Source: Podarcis filfolensis
Lineage: Eukaryota
Assembly (NCBI GenBank): GCA_964270895.1
Contig: OZ185440.1
Direction: 5' to 3' (one strand)
DNA: 64,000 nt
The notes under the pieces are model-generated. The model searched no databases. It worked only from the letters and a program-made list of their open reading frames with translations, and had not been told where the DNA came from. Each line of letters starts with the position of its first letter. The stretch's first letter is position 1. A program made the translations under genes and the position numbers. Shown piece by piece: positions 36,772 to 51,079 of the stretch.

Positions 36772-39700
36772 CTGTAAGAAAGCAAAAATATGTACCATTA
36801 CTACAAAACATCAAACCTCCTGCATTAATTTTTTGGAAATACTTCCCCCTCATCGTTTTTAAAGGTTGGAGTTCTGCACTGCAAAACAATCAGCCAATAT
36901 TGACTCTTTCACACATGAATCATATAATGGGGGCGTAGAAAGGGGCTGCAGGGCCATGCCACTATCCTCCACCTTGAAGCTATGCTGCTCTTCAAGCCTT
37001 CTGTGCCTCGGTCCCCCTAGACATCTTCATGCCCAAACCTCCCACGTGTTCCAAAACCCTATGTGACTGGGGTCCCATAACATATGGAAAGTTTTTGCAC
37101 ATAGGGCCTCTCTTGAATATGTCCACACCTAACATACTGAAAGGGTGAAGGAGCTGCATGACCTCAGGGTTGAGGCAGTGAGGCAGCGCCACTGCTCCAT
37201 TCATCCTATCATGCTCAGTTATGCAATTCACACATGAAGGGGATTTGAGTTGAGACACAATGCAGGACTGTTTTTTAATCAAATCAACATAGATTAGTTG
37301 ACTTTGAACAGAAGAAGAGGCAGCCAGTGAGGCAAACTACCACCGAAGCCATGTCTACCTGCTGCCTCACCAGCTGTTCTAGGCCCTTTCTCCCCCTCTC
37401 AGAGATCACCTCAAGAAACTGCGCTGTGGTGGTGATGATGATGATATTTATTTATTTATTTATTTATTTGTTCATTCATTCATTCATTTACCGCCCATCT
37501 GGCTGGGTTTCCTGTGAGGAAAGAAGTATTAGTCAATGAAGCAAACCGCTATTATATGGTCACTTTTCTTGAACGGCTCTCTTAAAGACCACATGCATAA
37601 TTTTTACTTTTTAAATGTTTTATCACTGGTTTTAATTTATCTTTGGAAGCCTGCTCGACTGAAGAGTAGAGTAAAAATACTTTAATAAATAATAAATCTT
37701 CTCTCATTAAACAAGGAACCCTGTCCTTGTCAGCTCCACTTCTGACCTTCAGAGTTCCTGTTCTGGGGTGAATTATGAGCATTTTCTGCTGAATAAGTTT
37801 ATAACCTCCCTTCTGATCTTCGCAGTAAACTTACAAAAGTCAGAAATGGAGGAGCCAGGGTCAGGTACATAAGGCATAGGGGCTGGTATAAGCAACACCA
37901 AACCCTCTCCACATACTCTTAAGATGCAACCCAAAGAATGCTTCTCTCTCTTCCTCAAATTTCTGTCTATGAAATAAATAACAGCTTGCTGGCAGAAGGC
38001 TATTTGTCAGGCTGAACACAATGAAGATTGTGTGACATATATGAAGAGTAGTAGTACTGGAATAGAGCTGACAACACAAGACCCCTACAGTTTCTTAACA
38101 ACAGAGGTTTAGAAAAGGCTCATTTCACTTCTGTAAGTCTGCATAGTTAGAGATCCATATTGCAATATAAAGAAAACCCCATAATGCCTGAACAGGAAAA
38201 CAGCACAAGGGTCTTCAGCAGTTAATGTCTCTGCTAACTTACGTGTTTCAAAATTGTATTTTCGACCAGCCCATTATAATTACACACTTCCACTTTATGA
38301 TACTATAAAGCTATACCATTAGTGCTCCCAGAGTGCCCATAAAAAGGGAAACTTAAATTATTAAAGATTATGTCGGGCATTCAGCTTGATGCAATGTAGA
38401 AGGTTAGTTGTTATCTCAACAATTTCCTCTAGAGAAAAATAGAAAAATATTTAAAACAGTTTTCGTTGTCTCTATGCCATTGTTGCAAGCTATCAACACT
38501 GAAGCTTGCAGGGGGGGTGGCGGTTCTTAAGTATGAGCTGGTATGAGCTTTGTTGTTAGACAGACACATCAGTGAATAATAATTCAAAACACACAATTCT
38601 GCCTGCTCCCTTCTTGATGTTCTTAGTTCAGTTGGTCCTGCTCCCCTTTCACCTAATGTTTCATATGAACAACAAACATTCCACTTATAGTGGAAATATA
38701 AATAATTGTCTCTTACGTTTTAGGGAGAGTCGCTCAAGTTGAGAAGAACACAAATCCAAACATTTAATATTCAAAATGTAATAAATAAAAAAATAATCAA
38801 TTTGCCTCGTATTTTTCGCAATGATCACTATTACATGGCAGCAAATAATAATTGCTACTGCATAGTCATACAGTGGTGGAGTTGAACTTATAAAGTGATA
38901 TCCAATGTTCATCATCCTCAGGCTTAGGCCCACTGAAAATCAATGGACAAGTTTCTTAGGCCTGTTGGTTTTCAGTGGGTCTAGTTTGAGAATGACGAAC
39001 ATTGGGTACCATCCATGCTTGCAAAGAGTTTGTTGTGCACACGCATTACATTTTTTAGGTAAATAAGGCATATGTTTAATCAGTGAAGTGCCAGAACTCA
39101 AACCTGCTGAGAAAGTCAAAGATTCTAATCTCAGATGGGACAAAGGCTAGTTTTAGTTAGTGGTGAGGAATCTGTCCCTTGTTCAGGAGAACCATTATCC
39201 TTATTATATCACATGTTCCAGAAATGGAGCTGTAGCACTGATCATCTTCAGGCACTGAAGGTGGATTCTCTGTCAACTTAAATGAATCTATAGTTGCAGC
39301 AACCTCCTTTACCTGTTGCTAAGCAACCCATTCACAGGCTAGGGCTGCAGTAGAGGCACACACCTTTAAAGGTGAGGCAATAACTGTTTCTCCCTACACT
39401 TGGGGAAGATTGTAAATAGGTTATCGGGAACTAACGTTGTTGTTCACTTTCACCCAGGTCACCAAAAGAATTTGACAAAAACAAATCCCCAAACCACCCA
39501 AGAAACTGACAAATTTACCTGCAATAATCACAGGGACAAAGACAGTATGGCCACACTCTCTCTTTCTCTCTCTCTCTCCCCCCCTCACCCTCATCATGGG
39601 CTGGCTGAGTCAGAACAATACAGATGGATGGTTTGCCAAGGACCCAGGAAAGGGCTCAAGTGGGATAGGGAATTCAACCTGCTCTCTTGCCTCACCCATT

Positions 39701-41383
39701 TCCACAACAAGATCCACAAGCCATGCTTCCCTCTCCATAGCCATTAGAGCCTTTCCCTGAATCTTTCACGGTGCCTATTGCTCCACCTAAACTGGTGCTT
39801 TCAGACATGAGGAGTAGCCTTGCCTCTGCCAGCCCCACCCAGCTCTCAGGGGGGGGGGAGGCAAAGACACCTCCCCTGTCCTCCAGGAGGAGCTAAAGGA
39901 GGAGGAACAGATTATTCTGCCTACTGGGTGTAGTGAGAGATTGATTGCTGAAGAGCAGAAATTTTTGCTGCGCTAAGTTGAGCATGTCCCAATCCTATAT
40001 AAAAGATAGTAAGGGGGTGTGTTAGTGTCAGATCAACTGTCCAAACCTTTTGTGTAACTGTACCTAGGAATAATAGTGTGTATTGCCTATTATGGCTTAA
40101 GCTGAAGATTTGCATATGTATACAGCAATCTAAACATTAAAGCTTTTGGAAAGAATCCTCTTTCCAGTTCTTGAGCAACTGGGAGCCAGGACACCCCTTT
40201 TCCACGCTGTTTTCGGGGGGGGGGGTAGTTCAATTTGTACCTCCCGCTCCCTAAAAGTGCTATAGAAATAGAGGGCAGGAAAACACTTGAAATAGTTCAA
40301 ACCCCCCCCCCCCCAATCATCCAGAAAGGTTAAGCATCGCATGTTACAAAACAGCTTAACATCAAAAGCTATTCACCAATCCCATTATGTTCTAAACCTC
40401 ATCTGGTGAACAATCACCATGACACTGAAGTATAGCTGAAAAGCCAGGACAATTCTGCATAGACAAAAAGTGTCAGAATGTTTTCTCTTTCTAAGAGATG
40501 TCCTTTGCCTACTGTCAAGGCTCATGTTCAGATATACTATGCAATTAGAACAAGAAAGTTTCAGCCTACTCCTAGGCTTTTCAGAGAACTATGTTTCTGA
40601 GGAATGAAGCATAGCCACTAAGACTTTTTTAAAGGGGCAAAATATAGGCCACCTATAAAACGTCCATGACTTGAAACACACAAAATTGTCAGTCTCATAA
40701 TATCAGACAGCTGTCTCACTCATGCAGGTGTAAGGTTGCTATGTATTTTAAAGTATGCATTACTGGATACTGCTTTGCTGGTTTTCCATTGTGAATGTGA
40801 AAATGCAGATTTCGTGAGTTAATGGTGTAATCTTGTTAACCATTCAGCATTAGCCCCCTTGCTCTTCCACTCTATAAACCTAAGGACCACCTGAGCCTTT
40901 TTATTCCAGTCCAATCACTGAGATCTTCAAGAGGAACACTATTAGTTGTCCCTCATGCTGCACAGTCCCAATTGGCTTCAACTAGGTCAGGCATTTAGAA
41001 TCACCACAGCCATGCTGTGAAACACTCCCCCAGCTGAGATTCAGCAGGTTTCCTTGGTTTTGACTTCCATGCATCTCTTGAATATTTTTTGTGCTGACAG
41101 GCCTTTGCAGTTGTCTAATTTTTGATGAGTCAGTCACCTGAACTGATTATCCATATTTTATTATTTAACTTTAAATGATGTTTTCTAGTGTACACTGCAT
41201 TGATATATTTTATTATATGATGGTATGAAAATTCTTCTATAAATTAATATAAATTAATACTTACACAGAATTCATATTTTATTTTTAATTTTACATGATG
41301 TGCTATACTCCATAGTCTATTTCGCCTTGATATAGTTCATATGGTAATACAGAAATACTTCTTTAAACATAAATAATACTTAC

Positions 41384-41447
41384 GTGGAATCAGTGTCCTT
41401 TTCTTTCTTCCGTATTCCAAAGGCCTTCCTTGTACGTTTTTTCAATC
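41384..41447 (-). CDS. SGIP1: SGIP1 exon 2 (GLKKRTRKAFGIRKKEKDTDST), basic membrane-binding N-terminus
   Basis: ttttgtctccacag|GATTGAAAAAACGT...GATTCCAC|gtaagt; 64 nt, phase 1 to 2. Confidence 0.97.
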
Positions 41448-41682
41448 CTGTGGAGACAAAAGGAAAATATAAATTGAACAAATTAGGTAGCTTTACATTT
41501 GTTATAAGCCTGCCTGAGTTACTTAGGCTGGAAGATTTAATAGAAACTTTAAAAATATTATGGCATAATGAATAAAATGCTATTTACGGCTCCATAAATT
41601 ACAAAGTTGCAGTTAGAAAAAACACATAAAAGCGTATTTCTTTCCAATCCTAAATCAGTGCAACATACTTTCAAGTAACATA

Positions 41683-42572
41683 CCGTATTTTTCGCTCTAT
41701 AGGACGCACTTTTTCCCCTCCAAAAATGAAGGGGAAATGTGTGTGCGTCCTATAGGGCGAATGCAGGCTTTCGCCGAAGCCTGCAGAGTGAGAGGGGAGA
41801 CCCCGCCGCCAGCCCCGCAAGCTCCGGGGACAGTGGGGAGGCGCAGCGCGTCTTCCCGCTGTCCCCGGACCTGGTCTGAGGGCGGGCGGCAGGGAGAAGA
41901 GCGCTTCTCCCCGCTGCCTGCCCCGCAAGCTCCGGGGACAGCTGGGAGGCGCAGCGCGTCTTCCCGCTATCCCCGGACCTGGTCTGAGGGCGGGCGGCAG
42001 GGAGAAGAGCGCTTCTCCCCGCTGCCTGCCCCGCAAGCTCCGGGGACAGCTGGGAGGCGCAGCGCGTCTTCCCGCTGTCCCCGGACCTGGTCTGAGGGCA
42101 GGCGGCAGGGAGAAGAGCGCTTCTCCCCGCTGCCTGCCCCGCAAGCTCCGGGGACAGCTGGGAGGCGCAGCGCGTCTTCCCACTGTCCCCGGACCTGGTC
42201 TGAGGGCGGGCGGCAGGGAGAAGAGCGCTTCTCCCCGCTGCCTGCCCCGCAAGCTCTGGGGACAGCTGGGAGGCGCAGCGCATCTCCCGCTGTCCACGGA
42301 CCTGGTCTGAGGGCGGGCGGCAGGGAGAAGAGCGCTTCTCCCCGCTGCCTGCCCCGCAAGCTCCGGGGACAGCGGGGAGGCGCAGCGCGCCTCCCCGCTG
42401 TCCCCGGACCTGATCTCAAGGCGGGTGGCGGGTGGCGGGGAGAAGAGTGCTTCTCCCCGCTGCCGGCACCACAAGCCCCTGGGGGGGAAATAAAATTTTT
42501 TTCCTTTATTTCCCCCCCAAAAAACTTGATGCGTCCTATGGGCCGGTGCGTCCTATGGAGCGAAAAATACGG
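41683..42572. mobile_element. Non-autonomous Tc1/mariner (Tc2-like) element with internal minisatellite
   Basis: 27-bp TIR ccgtatttttcgctctataggacgcac (26/27 identical between ends); TA at 41681-82 and 42573-74. Confidence 0.88.
41805..42470. repeat. 108-bp GC/CpG-rich tandem array, about 6 copies
   Basis: Period 108 (c41883 = c41991), seen as the 36-aa repeat RSASSRCPRTWSEGGRQGEERFSPLPAPQAPGTAGR in the ORF track. Edges approximate. Confidence 0.93.
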
Positions 42573-42720
42573 TAAGTTAAGGCAATATTACAAGTGACAC
42601 AGTAATTGAGAGAAGAAAATAAATGCCAGATATTTCAAGGCATGAGAAATGCATATTTTTGCCATGTTTCGCAAGCTGTTTAGGGAACATGTGGCATGTT
42701 CCAGTTGTGTTTATGTAGAA

Positions 42721-43215
42721 CAGGGGTGGGGAATCTTTTTGGCTCCACACTGCATGGGCTAACTTTGACAGGTGAGCAGGGAAATCACTTGTCAACTACA
42801 TATCTTTATGACTTACACTATGTATTGCCTACCTGTGAAAACACATTGCATAGTGGTTCCCAAATGCTCCACAGCTAGCTGGCTGTTGGGCACTTGGAAC
42901 CTCCTGTGGTCAAAGTGAGCAGGGTTGACTTCTCCATGCATCAGTTGTTGTACATGGAGGTCACTCCTGCTGTCTGCAGGTGTTGACTGTGTGAATGCAG
43001 GGAACTAGCACACACAGCCAAACCTGGTAGGATTAAAAGCACCACCTATTAGCTGATGAGCAGGTGGCTCAAGCCTGCTTTCTGAAGGGATTTGTTTGCC
43101 CCACCCATCACAGCTGACATCACCCGCTCACTGGAGTGACATCACCTGACTAACATCTGTGTGTGGTTTCAGGGAAACAATGGATCAGCTGGTGGGCCTG
43201 AAGTTCCTACCCCTG
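42721..43215. mobile_element. Non-autonomous hAT (Charlie-like) element
   Basis: Ends caggggtggggaa / ttcctacccctg; 8-bp flanks atgtagaa / atttagaa (7/8). Confidence 0.72.
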
Positions 43216-43500
43216 ATTTAGAAACATACCCCCCCCCAAAAAAGCATAAAACCAAGAGCATTTTTGGCCCATTGACATTATTTGTAACCATTGGCTGCCT
43301 ATACAGCAATATCCAATCGTTTTCTTCTGCTGATATGAAAGTCTATTAAATGCGCTCTATGCCCCAGTCGTCTATGGAGAAGCTACATTATTTGCTTCCA
43401 CAATTATAATTATGTTCTAATAACATAATTTCTCTAGCAGAAATAATTGTATTTTTCAGCACATTTCACCTGTGGCCCTCCAGTTGTTGAATTACAACTG

Positions 43501-44053
43501 CATACCCTCCAACATTTCTCCAATGAAAATAGAGACATTCCATTCCACAATGATAATTTTACTATTTATACCCCACAAATCTTACTGGGTTGCCCCAGCC
43601 ACTCTGGGCAGCTTCCAACATACAGTGGTACCTCGGGTTACATACGCTTCAGGTTACAGACTCTGCTAACCCAGAAATAGTGCTTCAGGTTAAGAACTTT
43701 GCTTCAGGGTGAGAACAGAAATCATGCTCCGGCGGTGCGGCAGCAGAAAGAGGCCCCATTAGCTAAAGTGGTGCTTCAGGTTAAGAACAGATTCAGGTTA
43801 AGTATGGACCTCTGGAACGAATTAAGTACTTAACCTGAGGTACCACTGTATATGATAACATAATTAAATATTAAACATTAAAAAACCCTTCCCTATACAG
43901 GATTGCCTTCAGATGATTCAGGAGTCGGATAACTCCATACCCTCTAATATTTCTCCAATGAAAATAGGGACATCCTAAGGATAAGTGGGACATTGTGGGA
44001 TCAAATCAGAACTCAGGGACGTCCCTGGAAAATAGGAACACTTGGAGGATCTG
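43501..44053. mobile_element. Composite interspersed repeat hosting the Tigger-like MITE; class uncertain
   Basis: Colinear with 61966-62297 in opposite orientation; internal direct repeat cataccctc..atttctccaatgaaaatag. Confidence 0.7.
43623..43848. mobile_element. Tigger/pogo-like MITE (226 bp)
   Basis: TIR cagtggtacctc(g/a)ggtta 17/18; TA at 43621-22 and 43849-50. Confidence 0.88.
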
Positions 44054-46070
44054 CAACTGTTCTCTATACTTTAATAAAACAATAATATCCTCCAGGTCTG
44101 CGATACTGGGGGGGGGGGATAGTACTCTTTGAAACTAAAGTGGTTTGTAGCTGCTCTTATCCAGTCCCTGCTTCCTTCAATACTTCCTCTTCACTAGCGT
44201 TTAGGCCTGCATCCTATTCCATAAAATATGCCTGTGCTGCAAATATCTAGACCACTAGTCTATCCTTAGATATGAGAGAGAAATGTCCACCAAGGAAACT
44301 CTTAAGGATTTCTGTGTGAGCATTATGTAAGTCAGAATGGAATGGCTACTGTTATACCTCCAAACTCGTTGCTACAGTGATACCTGCTCATTTAAGCTCC
44401 AGAGGCCAAGCTAATAATCACCTTGCTGCAAAAACACTCCCACATTTCCTGCTAGTATCTTTAGAGAGAGTAGAGCCTGTGCAACTCTGTCATGTTGCTG
44501 GGGAAAAGCGTGTCATCAGCACAAGTGATTCTGGAGGATTGAGAGGTGAGGGAGAGCAAAGTAATCTGATGTCATAAGCACTGCCTATAAAAAGGGTGCT
44601 TAGTCATGACTATTGGGGGGGAAATACATTGAGCAGTCATCCTCATCCGACGATGAGCTATTTCATATATTACAAATCCAGGTTTGCCATAGGCAGCAAC
44701 GGCCTATTCTGGCTTTCAGGTGGGAGAATAAAACATTCTATATGTATATCTAAAAATATAATACATAGTGTTGTGAGTTGGAGGGGGAGGGTTAGGCTGT
44801 ATGTCTGAGTCCCTTCTAATTCCTCAATCCAGCAAGGGTTACAATCTAATGGAGGACTCCATTGTTGAATTAGCCAAGCCAGCTTCTTGGTAACTGACTT
44901 TTAGTATAAGTATGGGTCATTAGTATAAGAAAGGAAGTTGGGGGGGGGGGCCTTCCTCTGCTGGCTGGTAATGAGAACAAAGTCCAGGGCAAGCGTGAGA
45001 GAGAGCTGGGTTAGAAGCAGGCAGAAGCCTGAGAATGGGAGACATGCTTGATTTCTGCTTGAATCCAAGGCTGTGACTATGGGAGAAGCAAGACCTTCCG
45101 TAGGCTCAGGCTGTATATATATGTGAATAAACCATTTATCCTAAAGACACTACAGTCTCTGCTGTCCCTCATTTGGATGAAACTGGACCCTGGGTAAGTG
45201 CCTGGAATCATGCACTGCTCAGAGATAGGAATAGAATGCAACAATATTAAATAAAATATTATATTTAATGTAAGGGCACCAGTTTGGGGAAGACTGGCAT
45301 AGAATGACCAACCAAACCATTTACAAAAAGGAAACCACAGATAAAGCCTTAGCCTAACCCTTATGTAAGTATTTTTATATAAAAAATATAAAAATTGTCA
45401 GGTAGTATATTTAAATATATCTTTAGATAGAGAGATAGATAGATACACACACACATACAAACACATCAATCCAGTTCTGTATAAGGATATCAGGACAAAA
45501 ATTAAAATGCAACACCCAAAGAAAACATCAGCAAACATGTTGCAGGAAAAAAAGATAAAAACAAACAGGAAGGTTTTAGTCTGGTAACTAAAAACAAACC
45601 ATGTTGGTAAACCTCATCAGGGTGGGTATTTCATAGTTCGGGAACCACGTAAAACTACCCAAACCGGCCATGTTATCAGAACACATCCATCAACATTTGA
45701 CTCAGAAAAAATGAGCCCACCTGTTTATTTGAGGTAAGATAATGTGCAGCTAAGCTATAAGGTAATGAACAGTGAAGTTTTTTATGCCCAGGTAGCATAT
45801 CCCTAAACTCAGACATCATTTCATGTGCAAATGCCATGAAAATGTATTTTTGTCTTGTTTTTTCACATTTCATATTATCATATTATCAAAATACCCCACA
45901 CCATATTCACTTGCCCCACTTCTAAAGGTCTGAAGATACATGTCTATGTGACATGCTCTTTAAAGAACTGCCAGTCCCAGAACTGCTTAGTCTTTGCAGA
46001 TATTTGGCATGCCAAAGAAGGGTACCTTGTAGAACTCCAGATGTTGTTGGACTGCAACTCTGATAATTAG

Positions 46071-46312
46071 GGAAGGAAGAAGAAGAGTTTGGATTTGATA
46101 TCCTGCTTTATCACTACCCTAAGGAGTCTCAAAGCAGCTAACATTCTCCTCCTCCACAACAAACACTCTGTGAGGTGAGTGGGGCTGAGAGACTTCAAAG
46201 AAGTGTGACTAGCCCAAGGTCACCCAGCAGCTGCATGTGGAGGAGCGGGGAAGCGAACCCAGTTCACCAGATTACGAGTCTACCGCTCTTAACCACTACA
46301 CCACACTGGCTC
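46071..46312 (-). mobile_element. Squam3-like (MIR/Ther1-derived) tRNA-CORE SINE
   Basis: Minus strand GAGCCAGTGTGGTGTAGTGGTTAAGAGCGGTAGACTC head, CORE-like GGGTGACCTTGGGCTAGTCAC, L2-like tail ending (TCT)n. Confidence 0.8.
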
Positions 46313-49300
46313 CCATGTGGTAGGGTAGAGCCACCACCCTCCCACCGCTGCATTTTATCTGAAGAACTGAAACTGGATATCAGGGACAGGGAACAATGTT
46401 TAAAGAGATTTTGTCAGAGCACTCAGATTTTCAACTGTTTCCTCTGCTGGTGCTGCTGTTTCAAATTGTATTACACTGTTTTTTTCTGATACATTGCCTT
46501 TAAGAACTGCTTTGGATATTTTAACAGAAATATAAAATTAAAATATTTTAAATAAATAACACAACTATATATGATACAGCAATGCCTGGCTACAAATACC
46601 AATTAGGCAGCAAGAAACACAAGGAGCTTCAATAAATGGAACTGAAAGAAGCTAAGAGATACTTTTTCCAGAAGAGACATGGTCTTTCCACAATCTGCCT
46701 CAGTTACAGCACTGTTTGAAGAACTAAATGAAAAGCTAGATAAACTGCCAAATTCAAGTACTATGGTCTCTTTATGTTATTTCTCAAATAAAAGTCGATG
46801 TTTCTTTCATAACATACAAGATTGTATAGGTTTGGACCAGCTTCCAAGAAATGATGACTGGACACTGACTGAGAGAACAGTTTTTCAGTCTGGGACAATT
46901 TCATAATTTTCCTATGCAATTTAATCAATTGCCCAAGTAGTTTTCAGAAATGAAAGAGAGACCACGATACTACAGTCGATAAAGCACTTGCTTTGGATGT
47001 CCCTGAATGATCTTGGCCAAGCTGGTGTCTCCACACTAGCCTATTGCACTAGCGTGCTCTGGAGATACAGCAAAAAGAACACAAATCTCTTAGCCTAGAA
47101 ACAGACAATGCTGCAATTCACATTAAAGGTTCAGTCTTGAAGAGGTCAAACTGCACTTTTACCCAACTGCTAATGACAGTACAATTTTCTAAGAGAGGCA
47201 AATTGTGTCTGAAAACATTTGCAGCACCACTAATATGCTACAGAGTCTCTGGACTCTATATTCTTGCAACTGCATCCAAATACAAAAGACACTTAAGAGG
47301 TTGTTCAAGAATATGAATTGACATTTAACTCAAGAGAATAATCATCTTTGGGAATTCAGACACCAAGGTAAGCCATTGAAGTACATAATAGCAACTGCAT
47401 GGAAAGCAGTTGCTTCCTTGGATTTTAAAATAATTGCAAAAATAATTATGTGCAAAAATAATTACGTTAGTTCTATACAAACTAAGTCCCATACTCACAT
47501 ACTAAGGATGATAAAAAACCCACTAAGATAATAGTGATTATATGCCATTAACTTTCATTAATATTAAATAAAAGCTTTTGTCTGCTACCAGCAGCCTGTC
47601 AGCTCAGTTTCCATTCATCAAGAAGTTCAACTCTATTCCTTTGGGCCTGAATACAGCCAGTGGTTTCCTTTCCAACTGCAGATGTTAATTAACTCAGCAT
47701 TTCCAAGTCCATTATTTTATCACCTATCACTGCCATGGTAAAGGATCACACTACTTATTTTGCATACATTCTGGCTCTTATTGAATTGTAACTATTTATA
47801 TTTCATACATTTCATTTCTAATCCGGCTATTCCTTTGGAAACTAAACACCAAAAGAGTCATACGATTCTGTAAACACACTGATTATAGTTATTATGATGG
47901 AATACCCACAGTGAACTATAAACAGGAAACAGAAATTAACCACATAGTTAGGCTTCAAGACCAATAATAATTTGTTTTTCTCAGGAGCTTGAGCATTTTA
48001 AAAGAGGGAGCTCTGCTCATCTAACTTTCAGGTGTTTAGTTTCAAAAACCTGCAAAACCTTTTTGACTAGAGCAAAAGTAATGTGTTTCTACCTCTATTC
48101 ACTTACAGCTCTCTTTCAAACTGACTATCTTTAATTCACTTTTAGTTGAGAGACATGCAATTCCTGCAATATTAATTAATTAACTGGAAATTTGTTGCAT
48201 TGATGTTTTTAGCAGGAGAGGATTTGACTTGGTACTAGAAGCGTCCTCTAGCATTTGATCAAGTTACCAAAATTTCTTAAAATAAGTGATTGAAACTGAT
48301 GTTGCATTAGCCCAAAGAAGTAAGTGCATTTTTAAAATTTTGATTTTTTTAAACCAACGGGTAGGAAAGGGGGTAAGTAGTAATTTAATTATTTTTAGCA
48401 ACAAACCTTGACAGAAAGAAAAACATCACTTTGCATTGTCAAAAGCAAAGGGATCTGGCCTTTGCAATAATCAAACACTATTTTGCATAAATAATCTGCA
48501 GAGAATACAGGATTAACATTTTGAATATGAGGAAAAAATATATTGTTAGCCGTAATGAAAAGAATTACCATACTTCTATTAATTATTGGCTAGATTTTCT
48601 TTTAGACTATTTTCCATTCAACCTATTTGCTCCTTACATAACCAGAAAAATAATTAAAAAGAAGCTTGCTACTAGGAGCTGCTATCCTAGAGACACGTAT
48701 TTCAGAGACGGGTTTAGGACAGTGTGATCAGTTCCATCGCACTGGGCGTCAAACCTAGGGGGCGCTGCAGGGTACCGCAACTGTGAATTAAGCAGAATGG
48801 AAGGCGGGGGGGGGGTGTTCGTCTCACACAGGGTGTCGCTGAAATATGGAAGACCAAAGTTTGCCCCTGCGCATTTCTTTCTGACCTTAAAGCAGCATAA
48901 GAAACATGTGTAACATGTCAAGAAGGCTAATTTTTAACCAGAGAAGTGTTAACCTTGTTTAGAAGCTTCAATAAGATGTAATGTATGAATTAGAAATAGT
49001 AACACTGGCATCTTCTGACATTTGCTGAATTTTAATTTTCTCCTTTCTCAAAAGTGCCTCGATTTAGATTAAGTATACAGTTAAGTAAGACCATACTTTA
49101 CTGACCTCTTAAATATATTTAATTGTTGGAGGAGGAGAAGGGAACTGCAATGTGCACCCAGAGGCCGCTCCCTCTAACCCAGGAACAGGGATTTTCACCT
49201 TGCATCTAAATGAGGACAATGTAGAAGATAACCAAATGTCATTTGGGAGGAAGTTCTATAATCCGGGTCTTTGGTTCACAAACCCAACCCATTACTATAT

Positions 49301-51079
49301 GTAGTCCAAGAATACTATAACCCTTCCGAAATAAAATTCATAAGAAATGACAGCAGGACCAAAAAAAAAATTTTAATGTGCACCATAGACAATTGTAGTT
49401 CTATCATGTATATATAGAGAGAGGGAGAGAGAGAGAATTTGTGCCCCATTTCATTTTTTATGTCATTTTTTACAAAGCTGCTTTGCAGAATACTGCAAAT
49501 AGAAGTTGAATGTCTGGCATGACAATCTGATATGTTCATTAATATTTTATAGAACTCATTTACAAGCAGAATTGCAGATGTCACACAGTGGGGACGAAAG
49601 GAAAAATGCTTAGGAGTGCTGGAGTGAGACAATGGCCTTGCTATCGCACTGCTTTAACAGACCCATGGCTCAGAAATATAGATCAGAACAGAGTTATCTG
49701 GAAACAGAGGTCAGTGGAAGGCTAACCAGGTTGGATATCAAGACTCACAGATATAGAGATCTCAGAATTATAGCTACACGCAATACAGATGCAATGTAAC
49801 TGATCATACAGAACATCACAAAGACACATCAGACAGTTCCTGTGAGGTTACCACACTCCAAATATATACCACCCATAAGGCATCAATTTTATAAATATCA
49901 ACTCTTATTTGAAAGTTCATAATGAATAGTCTATAGTTTGTTTATGGAATATCACTGGACTGAGAAGCATTTCAGACAAAAATCACTAGATCATTCTTTT
50001 GAAAATATCTGGCACCATCCACTAAAACAACAAAGCAATTTTGAAACCAAACAGAGACACAATAATTTAATAAGATATGACGAGGGGAAGCTACTAAGCT
50101 GTTAGGCAAAGAGCAAAGTACGGTAATTTGTGTCCTACATAAGGATGGAAAGAGCCTTGTTGGTGCACTGTGAGGCTATCGACACAGCACAAAGAGGGTC
50201 AAGGTGTCGACAGTGATCCAGATCTGGAAGCTCCTTTCCTCTTACCATTTATTTATTTATTTTATATGCCTCACTAATTATTAGAGGGTGATATTTTTAC
50301 TACACTCAGTGATAGGATAGCCTGAATGTTGTAGTCTCTGGTTCACCCACCCACTCTATTACTGTATATAATCAAAGAATATTGTAAGTTTTATAGCACT
50401 ACCTCCCCCCCAAAAAAATCAAAAGAAATATGACATGACATTTAAGAGACGCGCTATCCTTGCTGTTTAAATACTACATAAATTATATTATTAAATTTGA
50501 GACATCCCATCTTAAGGGCCAAAGCTATTTGTCTTTCCACTGGCTTTTGAGATACAAGAACATATAATACAAAAGCAGGTATTTACTGCAAAGTTATTAA
50601 ATAAAACCATGCCATGTAAATGGTCCCTCCATTCTGTTGGTAGTTGGTTGTGTTTTGTGGGGGGTGGGAGAACTTAACAAGGTTGATGAGGCCTTGTTAA
50701 AAATCTATGGATCTTGTCACCCATTTTCTAACCATAAATTCATGACTACTATTGGTTTCTATACAATTTAGCTATTATCTGCAAGTATGCCAACCTCATG
50801 CTATTCAAGAAAAGAGCATGAAAAAAGTATCTGTACTATTGTTGTACTGCTAATAGTATTGTATTACTAGGGAGACCCTTTGAAAGTAATCCAGTTCTAA
50901 GAATCCACAATGCCTGTTCTGTTATAAAATGCCATCATCCAGATTTTATTGGAAAATACATATCACAATTTGCACTGTACTTTCACCTGCAGTGTGTGTG
51001 TTTTTTGTGGTGTGTGTATGTTATAAAACCATGTATTATCTTCCATGTCAATGAATTGTGCATTAGCTCTTCGAGGATC

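Larger units (their letters stand above)
86..41447 (-). other. SGIP1: SGIP1 gene, partial (16 coding exons; exon 1 and mu-homology-domain exons outside window)
   Basis: Exons of 64,25,78,57,55,176,12,12,25,52,86,93,75,456,125,127 nt join in one open frame with matching phases. Translation follows recalled human SGIP1 from GLKKRTRKAFGIRKKEKDTDST to SAATTPT. Confidence 0.97.

Noticed and set aside
37915-37964. Candidate 50-nt exon between exons 2 and 3
   Set aside because: Not frame-preserving in a phase-2 intron and has no homology support.
41805-42470. Array as a CRISPR-like locus
   Set aside because: Units are contiguous and nearly identical with no unique spacers, there are no cas genes, and the DNA is vertebrate.
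41671-42597. Long ORFs of 150-286 aa on both strands
   Set aside because: They are translations of a stop-poor 108-bp tandem array inside a transposon, not genes.
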